From contig JALHUB010000251.1 in NCBI GenBank assembly GCA_022865685.1, positions 1-41,781 on the forward strand: a stretch of 41,781 nt of DNA, in the 5' to 3' direction. The notes beneath the pieces are model-generated. The model ran no database searches. It was not told where the DNA came from and saw only the letters and a program-made list of their open reading frames with translations. This DNA is from Dehalococcoidia bacterium. Lineage in GTDB: Bacteria > Chloroflexota > Dehalococcoidia > DSTF01 > JALHUB01. This document shows positions 1 through 9,019 of the stretch, piece after piece. Position 1 is the first letter of the stretch, and each line of letters starts with the position of its first letter. Position numbers and translations under genes: made by a program.

Positions 1-1188
1 GAGCGCCAGGCGCTCGACGTGCGACGCGACGAGCAGGAGACGGCGCTCGCCCGCATCGATGCTCAGGTCGCCCGCAAGCGTGCCCAGCTCGCCGACCTCG
101 AACGGCAGGTGGCAGCGTCGTCGGAGCGCCTGCGTGAGGCAAACGATACCCTCGCGGAGAAGCGCCGTCGCTGGGCGGACCTGGCCGGCGTGCAGCAACC
201 CGGCGAAGAGGAGCTTGCGCAACTGGAATCGCGGGAGAAAGAGCTGCGCCGGGAGCTGGAGATCGCCGTTTCGCGACGGCGCGATGCTGAAATCGGCCTC
301 CTCGAAGCCCAAAACGACGTCAAGCTGAAGACGGACGAGATCGAGGCGCTGCGCGAAGGCATGGAGGCGGAAGGCCTCACGCCCACCGAGACCGGCGACG
401 TTGTGCCTGTGTCCGGCGGGCCATCTCGCGGTCTCCCCGAATGGCTGGCCGGCGAGCCTGCTCCCTTCGACGAGCCGGAGAGCCGCCTGCCGCCCATTCG
501 CGGCGGCTCGAGCGTCGACCCCGTCGCCCTCAAGGAGCAGATCAGCCACCTGCGCGCCCGCATCCGCTCTCTCGGCCCCGTCGACGCCCAGGCGCCGTCC
601 GACTACGCCGAGAGCCGCCAGCGCTACGACTTTCTCAGCAGCCAGGTCGCCGACCTCGGTCAGGCGGAGGCGATGCTCCAGGAGGCCATCGGCGAGCTGG
701 AGGAGAAGATCAAGGAGCGCTTCGCCGGCGCTTTCCAGAAGGTCGACGAGGAGTTCCAGCGCTATTTCAGCACTTTCTTCGGCGGCGGCACCGCGCGCCT
801 GGTGGAGACGCAGGTGAAAGAGGAAGGCGACGAGCCCGGCATCGAAGTAATGGCGCAGCCGCCCGGGATGCGCGTTGCCAGCCTATCGATGCTCTCCGGC
901 GGCGAGCGCGCGCTCACGGCTGTGTCGCTGCTGTTCGCGCTCCTCCAGACGCGTCCCTCGCCCTTCTGTGTTCTCGACGAGGTCGACGCCATGCTCGACG
1001 AGTCGAACGTGGGACGCTTCGCGGAGGCCGTGAAGAAGCTGGGCGACGCGACACAGTTCATCATCATCACCCACAACCGTCGCACCATCGAGATGGCGGA
1101 CCACATCTACGGCGTCGCCATGTCGAAGGACATGACGTCGAACATCCTCTCGCTCCGCCTCAGCGATCTAACATCCGATAAGAGTTGA
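1..1188 (+). CDS. smc: SMC chromosome segregation ATPase, C-terminal part (5' end cut by window edge)
   Basis: Frame 1 is open from base 1. Coiled-coil-like Glu/Arg/Leu-rich segment, then ABC signature LSGGERALTAVSLLFAL, Walker B FCVLDEVDAMLD and IIITHNRRTIEMAD tail typical of the SMC head domain. Followed by ftsY, the common smc-ftsY synteny. Confidence 0.9.
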   Translation, partial: ERQALDVRRDEQETALARIDAQVARKRAQLADLERQVAASSERLREANDTLAEKRRRWADLAGVQQPGEEELAQLESREKELRRELEIAVSRRRDAEIGLLEAQNDVKLKTDEIEALREGMEAEGLTPTETGDVVPVSGGPSRGLPEWLAGEPAPFDEPESRLPPIRGGSSVDPVALKEQISHLRARIRSLGPVDAQAPSDYAESRQRYDFLSSQVADLGQAEAMLQEAIGELEEKIKERFAGAFQKVDEEFQRYFSTFFGGGTARLVETQVKEEGDEPGIEVMAQPPGMRVASLSMLSGGERALTAVSLLFALLQTRPSPFCVLDEVDAMLDESNVGRFAEAVKKLGDATQFIIITHNRRTIEMADHIYGVAMSKDMTSNILSLRLSDLTSDKS

Positions 1189-1206
1189 ACGCTAAAGGGA
1201 GTGAAG

Positions 1207-1249
1207 AGGGGCGAAGCCCCTTTGCCGGGGTTCCAAGGGGTGTCCCCTT
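1207..1249 (+). terminator. Two short GC hairpins after smc stop
   Basis: AGGGGC-gaa-GCCCCT followed by TTT (1207-1223) and AAGGGG-tgt-CCCCTT (1235-1249), read directly from the sequence. Confidence 0.4.
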
Positions 1250-1364
1250 GATCCCGTAGACCAATCTAGGGTGGGTTGGGTGGGAAGAAAGACGCCCATG
1301 TCTCCCTCAGCGGCAGCGGCCGCACCCACAACCCACGCTCCAACCCGTTGACCAGCTTCGCAAG

Positions 1365-1393
1365 TTGATCCCCCGATCCGCCGATGCTATGAT
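1365..1393 (+). promoter_or_regulatory. Sigma70-like promoter upstream of ftsY
   Basis: TTGATC (1365-1370), 17-nt spacer, TATGAT (1388-1393). AAAGGAG Shine-Dalgarno at 1414-1420 precedes the TTG start at 1432. Confidence 0.45.
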
Positions 1394-1431
1394 CTCAGCA
1401 CATCGCGTCAGCGAAAGGAGACAGTCTGTCC

Positions 1432-2394
1432 TTGCGTCTATTCCGCAAACAGAACGGCGAAGAGGAGGACGCCAGGAAGACCGAACAGGCCCTCGAACGC
1501 ACCCGAAAGACCTGGTTCTCCCACCTAACCTCTCTCTTTGAACGCTCCCGCATCGATGACTCCCTCTGGGAAGAGCTGGAAGAGCTGCTGATCGGCGCCG
1601 ACGCCGGCGTCGCGACGGCGCAGAAGGTGCTCGAAGACGTGCAGCGTCGCGTCCAGAAGGAGGGCCTAAAAGACCCCAGCGACGTCCGCGACGCCCTCAA
1701 GGACGAGCTCGTCGCCATCCTCGGCACCGCGCAGCCCAGGGGCAAGCTCTGGCGCAACGGCGAAGGTCCCGAGCCGGTCGCCCGGCCCGCTGTAATCCTC
1801 GTCGTCGGCGTCAACGGCACCGGCAAGACGACGAGCATCGGTAAGCTCGCCTACGCCTACCGGCAGGACGACGCCCAGGTGACCATCGCCGCCGCCGATA
1901 CCTTCCGCGCCGCCGCCATCGAGCAGATGCGCGAATGGGGCGACCTCGCGGGCGCCGAGGTCATCGCTCACAAGCAGGGCGCCGACCCGGGCGCCGTCGT
2001 CTTCGACGCGCTGTCCGCCGCCGAGAGCCGCGGCGCCGACGTCCTCATCATCGACACGGCGGGCCGGCTGCACACCAAGTTCAACCTGATGGAAGAGCTG
2101 CGAAAGATTCTGCGTGTCATCCAGCGCAAGGACCCGACAGCGCCGCATGAGGTGCTGCTCGTCCTCGATGCGACGACCGGACAGAACGCGCTCATCCAGG
2201 CGAAGGCCTTCGCGGAAGCGGTCGACGTCACCGCCATCTGCCTCGCCAAGCTGGACGGGACGTCGAAGGGCGGCATGGTCTTCGCGATCTCCGACCAACT
2301 GGGCGTACCGGTGCGCTTCATCGGTACCGGCGAGCGCCCCGAAGACCTGAGCCCGTTTTCGGCCGAGGAGTTCGTTGAAGCGCTGTTTCAGTAG
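1432..2394 (+). CDS. ftsY: Signal recognition particle receptor FtsY
   Basis: SRP-GTPase motifs GVNGTGKTTSIGKLA (G1), DTAGRLH (G3) and LAKLDGTSKGG (G4 region). N-terminal acidic/helical region. Good SD upstream of the TTG start. Confidence 0.93.
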   Translation: MRLFRKQNGEEEDARKTEQALERTRKTWFSHLTSLFERSRIDDSLWEELEELLIGADAGVATAQKVLEDVQRRVQKEGLKDPSDVRDALKDELVAILGTAQPRGKLWRNGEGPEPVARPAVILVVGVNGTGKTTSIGKLAYAYRQDDAQVTIAAADTFRAAAIEQMREWGDLAGAEVIAHKQGADPGAVVFDALSAAESRGADVLIIDTAGRLHTKFNLMEELRKILRVIQRKDPTAPHEVLLVLDATTGQNALIQAKAFAEAVDVTAICLAKLDGTSKGGMVFAISDQLGVPVRFIGTGERPEDLSPFSAEEFVEALFQ

Positions 2395-2482
2395 CGGACG
2401 CAGCCTGCTAGTCTCCTCACGGATGAGGCCCATATCGGCAAGCTCACTCCGACTCGCGACGAAGCCGTAGGGTCGATGCTCT

Positions 2483-4864
2483 ATGCCTGAGACATTTTTC
2501 TGGTGGCTGGCCGTAGAGGTGATGGGCATTGTCGCCTTCCCTCTCGTCTACGCCTTCTTCCCGCGCCTGCCCGATCGCGGCTACGCCTTCGCCAAGCCGT
2601 TCGGCCTGCTTGTCATCGGCTTCGTCTTCTGGATACTGGGCTCGGCCTGGGTCCTGACGAATAACGCCGGCGGCATCGCCTGGGTCGTGCTCATGGTCGG
2701 TGCCACCTCCGGCTACCTCGCCTGGCAACGCCGCGACGAGATTCTCGCCTTCCTGCGCGAAAAGTGGTCGCTCCTCCTCGTGATCGAAGGTCTTTTTATC
2801 CTGGCCCTCGTCCTAGCAGCCTATCTGCGCTCGTTCACGCCGGAGATCAGCGGCACCGAGAAGCCGATGGACTTCGCCTTCCTGAACGCCTCGACGATTA
2901 GCGAGCACTTCGCGCCGAACGACCCCTGGCTCTCCGGCCACACCATCAGCTACTACTATGGCGGCTACTTCCTCGTCGCCATGACCGGCAAGCTGGCGAG
3001 CGTGCCTGCGAGCACCGGCTTTAACCTTGGCCTGGCGATGATCGCCGCCCTCGCCGTCGTCGGCGCCTTCGGCCTCGTCTATAACCTCGTCACCCTGCAC
3101 GAGGAGCGCGCGAAGAAGAAGGCGAAGCTCCTGGGTCCGCCGCTCGTCTTTGGACTGGTCGCCGCTGTTCTGCTGACCATCATTGGCAACCTGGAGGGCC
3201 TCCTTGAGTTCCTGGCGGCCCACGGTGCCGGCGGCAACGGCTTCTGGAACTGGGTCGACATAAAAGGACTGACCAGCGTCGGCAACAGCACGACGAGCTG
3301 GTACCCGACAGAGCACTGGTGGTGGTGGCGCGCCGCGCGCATTGTCTCGCCCGACGCGCCGGAAACGATCACGGAGTTCCCCTTCTTCAGCTTCCTTCTC
3401 GGCGACCTGCACCCGCATGTCATGGCGATACCCTTCGGCCTGCTCGGCATCGCGGCGGCCATCCGCCTGCTGCAGGAGGACGAGGTGCTCGACCTGTCGT
3501 TCTGGGCCGGACACCAACTGCTGCTCGTGGCCCTGGCGATACTGGTGGGCGGTCTGTCCTTCCTCAACACCTGGGACCTGCCGACGTTCTTCTTCCTGCT
3601 GGTCGTCGCGGCGCTCGTGCGCAACTTCCTCGCCCGAAAGCGATGGGATTGGACGCTTCTGAAGCAGACGCTTGGCTTCGCCGTGCCCCTGGGCATCGCG
3701 TCCGTGCTCGCCTACGTCCCGTATCACAAGGCCTTCATCCCGGCATTCGGCTTCGCCAGCCAGGCGAACGGCATTGCGCCCGTCGAGGGCAACGGCACGC
3801 TGCCCTTCCATGCCCTCGTCTTCTGGGGGCCGATGGCGGTCCTCGTGCTTCCTTTCGCCGCCCAGCGATTCGTGGCATCGCTCAAGGGAAGACCCTGGCG
3901 ACCCAACGAGTGGTGGGCCGCCGCCCCGGGAGGTGCGGTTGTCGGCCTCTGGCTGCTCTGGGTGCTGGCCAGGGGCAACTTGGGCGCGGCCATGCCCGAC
4001 CGCGGCAGCGCCTGGCTTACCGCCCTCATTCTGGTGGCCGTCCTGACGCTGCTGGTGGCGACGCTCCGACGCGAGATCGAAGCCTACGCCGCCGCCGAAG
4101 GCTCGCTGGCCGTGGTTGTCGCGCTGATCGCCGGCTCGCTGGCGACGCTGCTCATCCTCGGCGCAGAGTTCTTCTTCATCAAGGACGTCTTCAGCAACCG
4201 CATGAACACGGTGTTCAAACTCTACTATCAGGCCTGGCTCCTGCTCGCGATAAGCGGCGGTTTTGCCCTCTACTACATGGTCATGCACTGGCTGCCACGA
4301 AGGACGGTCTTCTCGGGCTGGAGATACGCCTGGGGAGGCGCCGCGATCGTCATACTGGCGGCGGGACTCGCCTATCCCCTCGGCGCCACGCTTGCCCGCA
4401 CGGAGGACTTCGGCCTGCCGCGCACCCTCGATGGCCTCGCCTGGACAAAGCAGCAAGGCGACTACATGGCTGCCCAATGGCTGTCGGACAACGCGAAGCC
4501 CACTGACGTAATCGTCGAGACGGTCGGGAGCCAATCCATCGGCTACGAGTGGGGCTCCACCGGCCGCATATCCTCCTGGACCGGGCTTTCGACGGTCTAC
4601 GCCTGGCCCGGCCACGAGGTGCAGTGGCGCGGCGGCGACACGCTCACCGCTGGACGGCTGGAGGACGTGGACACCCTCTACACGACGACGAATACCGCCG
4701 ACGTGCAGCGGATCGTCGCCAAGTACGGCATCAACTACATAGTCGTTGGATCGCTGGAGCGGCAGACCTACTCCCAGGCAGCCCTCGAAAAGTTCGACGG
4801 CATGTACCCGGTGGCCTTCCGGTCCGGCGATGTCGTGGTCTACAAGGTGACGCAACAAAGGTAG
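2483..4864 (+). CDS. DUF2298 / 'chlor_Arch_YYY' family polytopic membrane protein
   Basis: 793 aa with many predicted TM helices. Contains the diagnostic ISYYYGGYF motif and a soluble C-terminal domain. Resembles the TIGR03662 family named for Chloroflexi and Archaea. Confidence 0.8.
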   Translation: MPETFFWWLAVEVMGIVAFPLVYAFFPRLPDRGYAFAKPFGLLVIGFVFWILGSAWVLTNNAGGIAWVVLMVGATSGYLAWQRRDEILAFLREKWSLLLVIEGLFILALVLAAYLRSFTPEISGTEKPMDFAFLNASTISEHFAPNDPWLSGHTISYYYGGYFLVAMTGKLASVPASTGFNLGLAMIAALAVVGAFGLVYNLVTLHEERAKKKAKLLGPPLVFGLVAAVLLTIIGNLEGLLEFLAAHGAGGNGFWNWVDIKGLTSVGNSTTSWYPTEHWWWWRAARIVSPDAPETITEFPFFSFLLGDLHPHVMAIPFGLLGIAAAIRLLQEDEVLDLSFWAGHQLLLVALAILVGGLSFLNTWDLPTFFFLLVVAALVRNFLARKRWDWTLLKQTLGFAVPLGIASVLAYVPYHKAFIPAFGFASQANGIAPVEGNGTLPFHALVFWGPMAVLVLPFAAQRFVASLKGRPWRPNEWWAAAPGGAVVGLWLLWVLARGNLGAAMPDRGSAWLTALILVAVLTLLVATLRREIEAYAAAEGSLAVVVALIAGSLATLLILGAEFFFIKDVFSNRMNTVFKLYYQAWLLLAISGGFALYYMVMHWLPRRTVFSGWRYAWGGAAIVILAAGLAYPLGATLARTEDFGLPRTLDGLAWTKQQGDYMAAQWLSDNAKPTDVIVETVGSQSIGYEWGSTGRISSWTGLSTVYAWPGHEVQWRGGDTLTAGRLEDVDTLYTTTNTADVQRIVAKYGINYIVVGSLERQTYSQAALEKFDGMYPVAFRSGDVVVYKVTQQR

Positions 4865-4914
4865 CTAGGGTGGAGCGGGCCTATCATTTCCCCGTATACT
4901 AATCGTCGAGGAGC

Positions 4915-7900
4915 TTGACCGGACTCATGGCAGTCTCTGACGAGCCGAAGAAACCCGCCGTAAGCGTGCAGATATCGTACGCCGGGGTTGTCGCCTGGCT
5001 GAAGACGAACTGGCCCCGGTATTGGGAGCTGAGCGTCTACGCGCTCATCATCCTGGTTGCCGCCGGCCTGCGCTTCTGGGACCTCGGCTCGCGCGCCATC
5101 GGCCACGACGAGAGTTCGCATGCCCAGTATAGCTGGTACCTCTACAACGGCGGCGGCTACACCCATGACCCGATGATGCACGGGCCGTTCAAGTTCCATG
5201 CTGTTGCCCTTATCTGGAAGGGGCTCTCCTTTCTGAGCTCCGCTCCTTTCCTCAGCAACTTCGCGCACTGGGGTCCCGGCGACTACACGGTGCGCATTCT
5301 TGCCGCGATCTTCGGGACGGCGCTCGTCGCGCTGCCGTACTTCTTCCGGGGTCACATCGGCCGGGTGGGCGCGCTCTTCGCCGCTCTTTTCCTCGCCTTC
5401 TCGCCCGTCCTGCTCTTTTTCAGCCGCTTCATCCGTGACGACGTTATCGTCGCCTTTTATACTCTGGCCGTCGTCATCTGCATCTGGCGGTACCTCGCCG
5501 AGCGGCGCAACCTGTACCTCTATCTGATTGCGGGCCTGCTTGCTCTTGGCTTTACCACCATGGAAGCCACCTTCCTGACCTCGACGTTGTTCCTCATTTA
5601 CCTCGATCTGCTCCTCGCCTGGGAGATCCTGAGTCGCGTGCGAGAGCGCATGGAGGTCAGAACCGACGAATCCCAAAAGGCGCCGGATGCGAAATCATCG
5701 CGCCGCGCCAGGAAAAAGGAGATGCCGCCCCCGGCGCCGCAGCGGCAGCCTCCAATATGGCAGTGGGCCCTCACCTTCATTTGCCTCGTGCCCGTGGCCT
5801 GGCTGATCGCTGCCTCCTGGCCTTTTACCGGCAAGTGGCGCGCTCGCTGGGGTCTTGACGATCTGCCTCTCTCCGGCGACCTCCTCATAATCGTGGGGAC
5901 GTTTGCGGGTGTGCAGTTCGCCGCCGGAGTGCAGTTGCTGCCCTTCATTGGCGACAAGGGCTACTACAAGGATGTCGCGGGCAGCGAGGACACACTGATG
6001 AAGATGACGGTGTTCATGCTCCTCGCCGTCTCTGCCTACATCGGCCTGCTCTGGCGACCGCGAACCTGGCTCATCGCCGCCGGCATTTTCTACGCTATCT
6101 TCGTCCTTCTCTTCACGACCTTTTTCACCAACCTCGGTGGCTTCTGGTCGGGAATCTGGGGTTCCTTGGACTACTGGCTCCAGCAGCAGGCCGTCGGACG
6201 CGGCAACCAGCCCGTCTACTACCCCTTCATGATACTGTCGATGTATGAGTTCCTGCCCCTGGTCGTCGCCTTGGCCGGCGGGTTGTGGTTCCTATTGCGA
6301 CGGCAATTTCTCCTGTCGCTCTCCGCGGTGCTCGCTGTCTGCGCCATGGTGTTTGTCTTCTTCACACTCGGCGCATCGCTGGCAGGGATGGTCGTCGTGC
6401 TCGCGGTCTTCGGGGTGGTGCTCTTTGCCCTCCGGCAGGACCTCTTCACCACGTTCCTCATCTTCTGGGCCGTTGGATCGGCCATCGAATTCGCGACCGC
6501 CAGCGAGAAGATGCCGCAACACACCATCTATATGACCCTACCTATAATGGTTCTCGCCGCCAAGTTCCTCGACGGCCTTTTCGAACGATTCCGCGTCTCA
6601 CTGCCACTTCGCTGGCGCAACCCGGAGATGTTTGTGCTCCTGGCCGCCGCCGCCGGTGCCCTATCGATAATCATTCTTTGGACGAGCGCGTTCTCATCGA
6701 CGGGGGCAGTCCTCGCCCTCATTCTGGGCGTCGCCGCCGCCGGCCTGATCGTGCGGGCCATCACCCTTCACGGCGGGCTCCTCGGCGCCCAGACAGCGGC
6801 GGCGCTCGTCATTCCCGCCCTGTTCATATTCACCGTCCGCGACGGCATCCGCACCAACTTCGACCTCGGCACGTGGCCACGGGAAATACTGTCCTACGCC
6901 GACGCGTCGCCGGGCATTCCCCGGGCCCGTGACCAGTTGGTAGGCCTCGCCAACCAGAGCGGCCTTGGCAGGGACTACCCCATCGTGGTGGACTTAGATC
7001 TCGCCTGGCCGATGTCCTGGTACATGCGCGACTATAAGCCGCAGTGGCCCAGCGGCAGCATGGCGCCGCCGATTGCCGGGAGCCTGGTCATACTCAAGAA
7101 CGAGAACCAGTCCTGGATGGAGCCCTACCTCGACCAGTACTACGCGCCGGTGCCAATTAGACACCTGTGGTGGTTCGGCGACGGCCCGCAGTACTACGAG
7201 GGCATCACCGCCGGCGGCTTCGCGGAGAGCCTCTTCGACAAGAGCGTCTGGAACGTCTGGCGCAACTACTTCGTCTGGCGTGACGTGCCCTGGCAGCCGC
7301 CGCCGGACGACGCGTTGGTGTACATCCCGAAGGAGCTCGCAACCGCCGGTGGGACCGCGCTCACGCCGCCGCCGTCGATCCCGACCGTCATGGTCGCGCC
7401 GGAGAGCCGGACGGTCATCGGCGAGGGGGAGCTCAACTCCCCGACAGACGTGAGCGTCGACGCTTCGGGCAACATCTACGTGTCGGATAGCAAGAACAAC
7501 CGTATCCAGGTGTTCGACGGCTCCGGCAAGCCGCTGCGGACGCTCCAGCCTACCGGCGACGAGGCTTTCGTAGAGCCGTGGTCGGTCGCTGTCGGCGCTG
7601 ACGGCAGCATCTACGTCTCAGATACCTGGCACTATGGGATCACCGGTCGTATCGCTAAGTACGATGCTGACCTCAACCCGCTGTGGGCGACGGAGGAATC
7701 GGGAGGCCCGTATGGCCCGCGCGATGTCCTCCCGTTGCCGGACGGCAGCCTCCTCGTCGCCGACACGGGGAATAAGCGCATCCTGAAGCTCGGGCCGGGC
7801 GGCGACACCATCGCTACCTTCGGCAGCAACGGCTCCGCCCCCGGCCAGTTCAACGAGCCGGTCGGCCTGGCGCTTGGTCCCAACGGCGACATCTACGTCG

Positions 7901-8241
7901 CCGATACCTGGAACGGTCGTGTCCAACACTTCGACTCCAGCTTCAAGTACCTGAGCGAGTTCCCGGTGAAGGGATGGGGTAGCACCGAAGTCACGGCCAA
8001 GCCCTACCTGGTCGTCCTGGCGGATGGCCGCGTGATAATCAGCAACCCCGCGAACGGGCGCATCGAGTTGTATGATCAGCAGGGGCAGCCGGTCGTTGCC
8101 TGGGAGCTGCCGGCGGGCACCAGCGGCGTCACAGGACGGCCCGTAGGCCTGGCGCTCGATGAACAGGGGTTCCTGTACATCGCCGATTGCGCCGCCAACG
8201 TGGTCTACCGCCTGCCCGTCGCCGGCTTGACCGGCCCGTAG
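4915..8241 (+). CDS. TIGR03663-like (GT-C/PMT-like) membrane protein fused to C-terminal NHL-repeat beta-propeller
   Basis: N-terminus LRFWDLGSRAIGHDESSHAQYSW is typical of the TIGR03663 / dolichyl-phosphate-mannose-type glycosyltransferase fold. Many TM helices. The C-terminal ~330 aa carry repeated NHL-type units (SPTDVSVDASGNIYVSDSKNNRIQVFD, GPRDVLPLPDGSLLVADTGNKRILKL, FNEPVGLALGPNGDIYVADTWNGRVQHFD, GRPVGLALDEQGFLYIADCAANVVYRL). Start may be ATG 4927 rather than TTG 4915. Confidence 0.75.
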   Translation: MTGLMAVSDEPKKPAVSVQISYAGVVAWLKTNWPRYWELSVYALIILVAAGLRFWDLGSRAIGHDESSHAQYSWYLYNGGGYTHDPMMHGPFKFHAVALIWKGLSFLSSAPFLSNFAHWGPGDYTVRILAAIFGTALVALPYFFRGHIGRVGALFAALFLAFSPVLLFFSRFIRDDVIVAFYTLAVVICIWRYLAERRNLYLYLIAGLLALGFTTMEATFLTSTLFLIYLDLLLAWEILSRVRERMEVRTDESQKAPDAKSSRRARKKEMPPPAPQRQPPIWQWALTFICLVPVAWLIAASWPFTGKWRARWGLDDLPLSGDLLIIVGTFAGVQFAAGVQLLPFIGDKGYYKDVAGSEDTLMKMTVFMLLAVSAYIGLLWRPRTWLIAAGIFYAIFVLLFTTFFTNLGGFWSGIWGSLDYWLQQQAVGRGNQPVYYPFMILSMYEFLPLVVALAGGLWFLLRRQFLLSLSAVLAVCAMVFVFFTLGASLAGMVVVLAVFGVVLFALRQDLFTTFLIFWAVGSAIEFATASEKMPQHTIYMTLPIMVLAAKFLDGLFERFRVSLPLRWRNPEMFVLLAAAAGALSIIILWTSAFSSTGAVLALILGVAAAGLIVRAITLHGGLLGAQTAAALVIPALFIFTVRDGIRTNFDLGTWPREILSYADASPGIPRARDQLVGLANQSGLGRDYPIVVDLDLAWPMSWYMRDYKPQWPSGSMAPPIAGSLVILKNENQSWMEPYLDQYYAPVPIRHLWWFGDGPQYYEGITAGGFAESLFDKSVWNVWRNYFVWRDVPWQPPPDDALVYIPKELATAGGTALTPPPSIPTVMVAPESRTVIGEGELNSPTDVSVDASGNIYVSDSKNNRIQVFDGSGKPLRTLQPTGDEAFVEPWSVAVGADGSIYVSDTWHYGITGRIAKYDADLNPLWATEESGGPYGPRDVLPLPDGSLLVADTGNKRILKLGPGGDTIATFGSNGSAPGQFNEPVGLALGPNGDIYVADTWNGRVQHFDSSFKYLSEFPVKGWGSTEVTAKPYLVVLADGRVIISNPANGRIELYDQQGQPVVAWELPAGTSGVTGRPVGLALDEQGFLYIADCAANVVYRLPVAGLTGP

Positions 8242-8277
8242 ACGTCCCCTCTACTATTCGGAAGCCGGGGGCATCCC

Positions 8278-8937
8278 TTGGAAGCCTTTCGCCAGATCGC
8301 CGACGCCCTCCTCACCTTCGCCGACCATCACATCTACGGCGCTCTCTTCCTGCTCCTGTTCCTTGAGGAGGGCGGCATACCCCTTCCGGCGCCCGGCGAC
8401 ACGGTCATCCTCCTCGCCGGCGCCCAGATCGACCGGGGCCAGGCCAGCATCCCGATAGTCGTCCTCCTCGTTGTGATGGCGACGCTCCTGGGTTCCTCCG
8501 TGCTCTACTGGATCTCACGACTGGGTGGGATGCCGGTCGTGCTGCGGCTCTGCCAGGTCCTGCACATAAGAGAGGAGCGACTCGACAAGCCCGGCGCCTG
8601 GATCCGCCGCCATCGCGGCATCGCCATCGTCTTCGGGCGCCTGACGCCGGGCCTGCGTACGATCACGACGATAGCGGCGGGCGTCTTCCAGGTGAACTAC
8701 ACGGCCTTTCTCGCCTATACCGCGCTCTCAGCGACAATCTGGGCGTTGCTGTACATCATTCTCGGCGCTTTCGTGCACAGCTTCTACCGCAACGTGGCCC
8801 ACTACCTCTTCCGCCCGAGCGCTCTGGCGCTCTTGTTGCTCGCGTTCGTGATCGCCGCCGCGACGGTCGCCTTCCGTCGCTGGCGCGCCTCCCGCCGTCG
8901 AGAGCGAGAGCGTCTACTGACCGAACAGCCCCTCTGA
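8278..8937 (+). CDS. DedA family membrane protein
   Basis: FLEEGGIPLPAPGDTVILLAG and FGRLTPGLRTITTIAAGV motifs of the DedA/SNARE-associated family, with 4-5 TM helices. Confidence 0.85.
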   Translation: MEAFRQIADALLTFADHHIYGALFLLLFLEEGGIPLPAPGDTVILLAGAQIDRGQASIPIVVLLVVMATLLGSSVLYWISRLGGMPVVLRLCQVLHIREERLDKPGAWIRRHRGIAIVFGRLTPGLRTITTIAAGVFQVNYTAFLAYTALSATIWALLYIILGAFVHSFYRNVAHYLFRPSALALLLLAFVIAAATVAFRRWRASRRRERERLLTEQPL

Positions 8938-8946
8938 CGCCTTTCA

Positions 8947-8976
8947 TTGACCGCCGTTTTCGCGCCTGCCTATAAT
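8947..8976 (+). promoter_or_regulatory. Strong sigma70-like promoter
   Basis: TTGACC (8947-8952), 18-nt spacer, perfect TATAAT (8971-8976), just upstream of the UPF0104 gene. Confidence 0.5.
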
Positions 8977-9019
8977 GTGTCACGTAGCGCGTCCGAACCT
9001 CTAGGTAGACCCGTCATGC

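Noticed and set aside
2813-4858. 681-aa minus-strand ORF antisense to the DUF2298 gene. Similar long antisense or alternative-frame ORFs include 63..563, 1666..2529, 3319..4506, 10024..11295, 12791..13768, 14697..15767, 15722..16744, 16934..17647, 23723..24544, 29096..30376, 30357..31133, 32018..32749 and 38898..40022.
   Set aside because: These are typical high-GC shadow ORFs. Their Arg/Ala/Gly/Pro-rich, low-complexity translations have no motifs. Each fully overlaps a gene on the other strand or frame that has clear family signatures.
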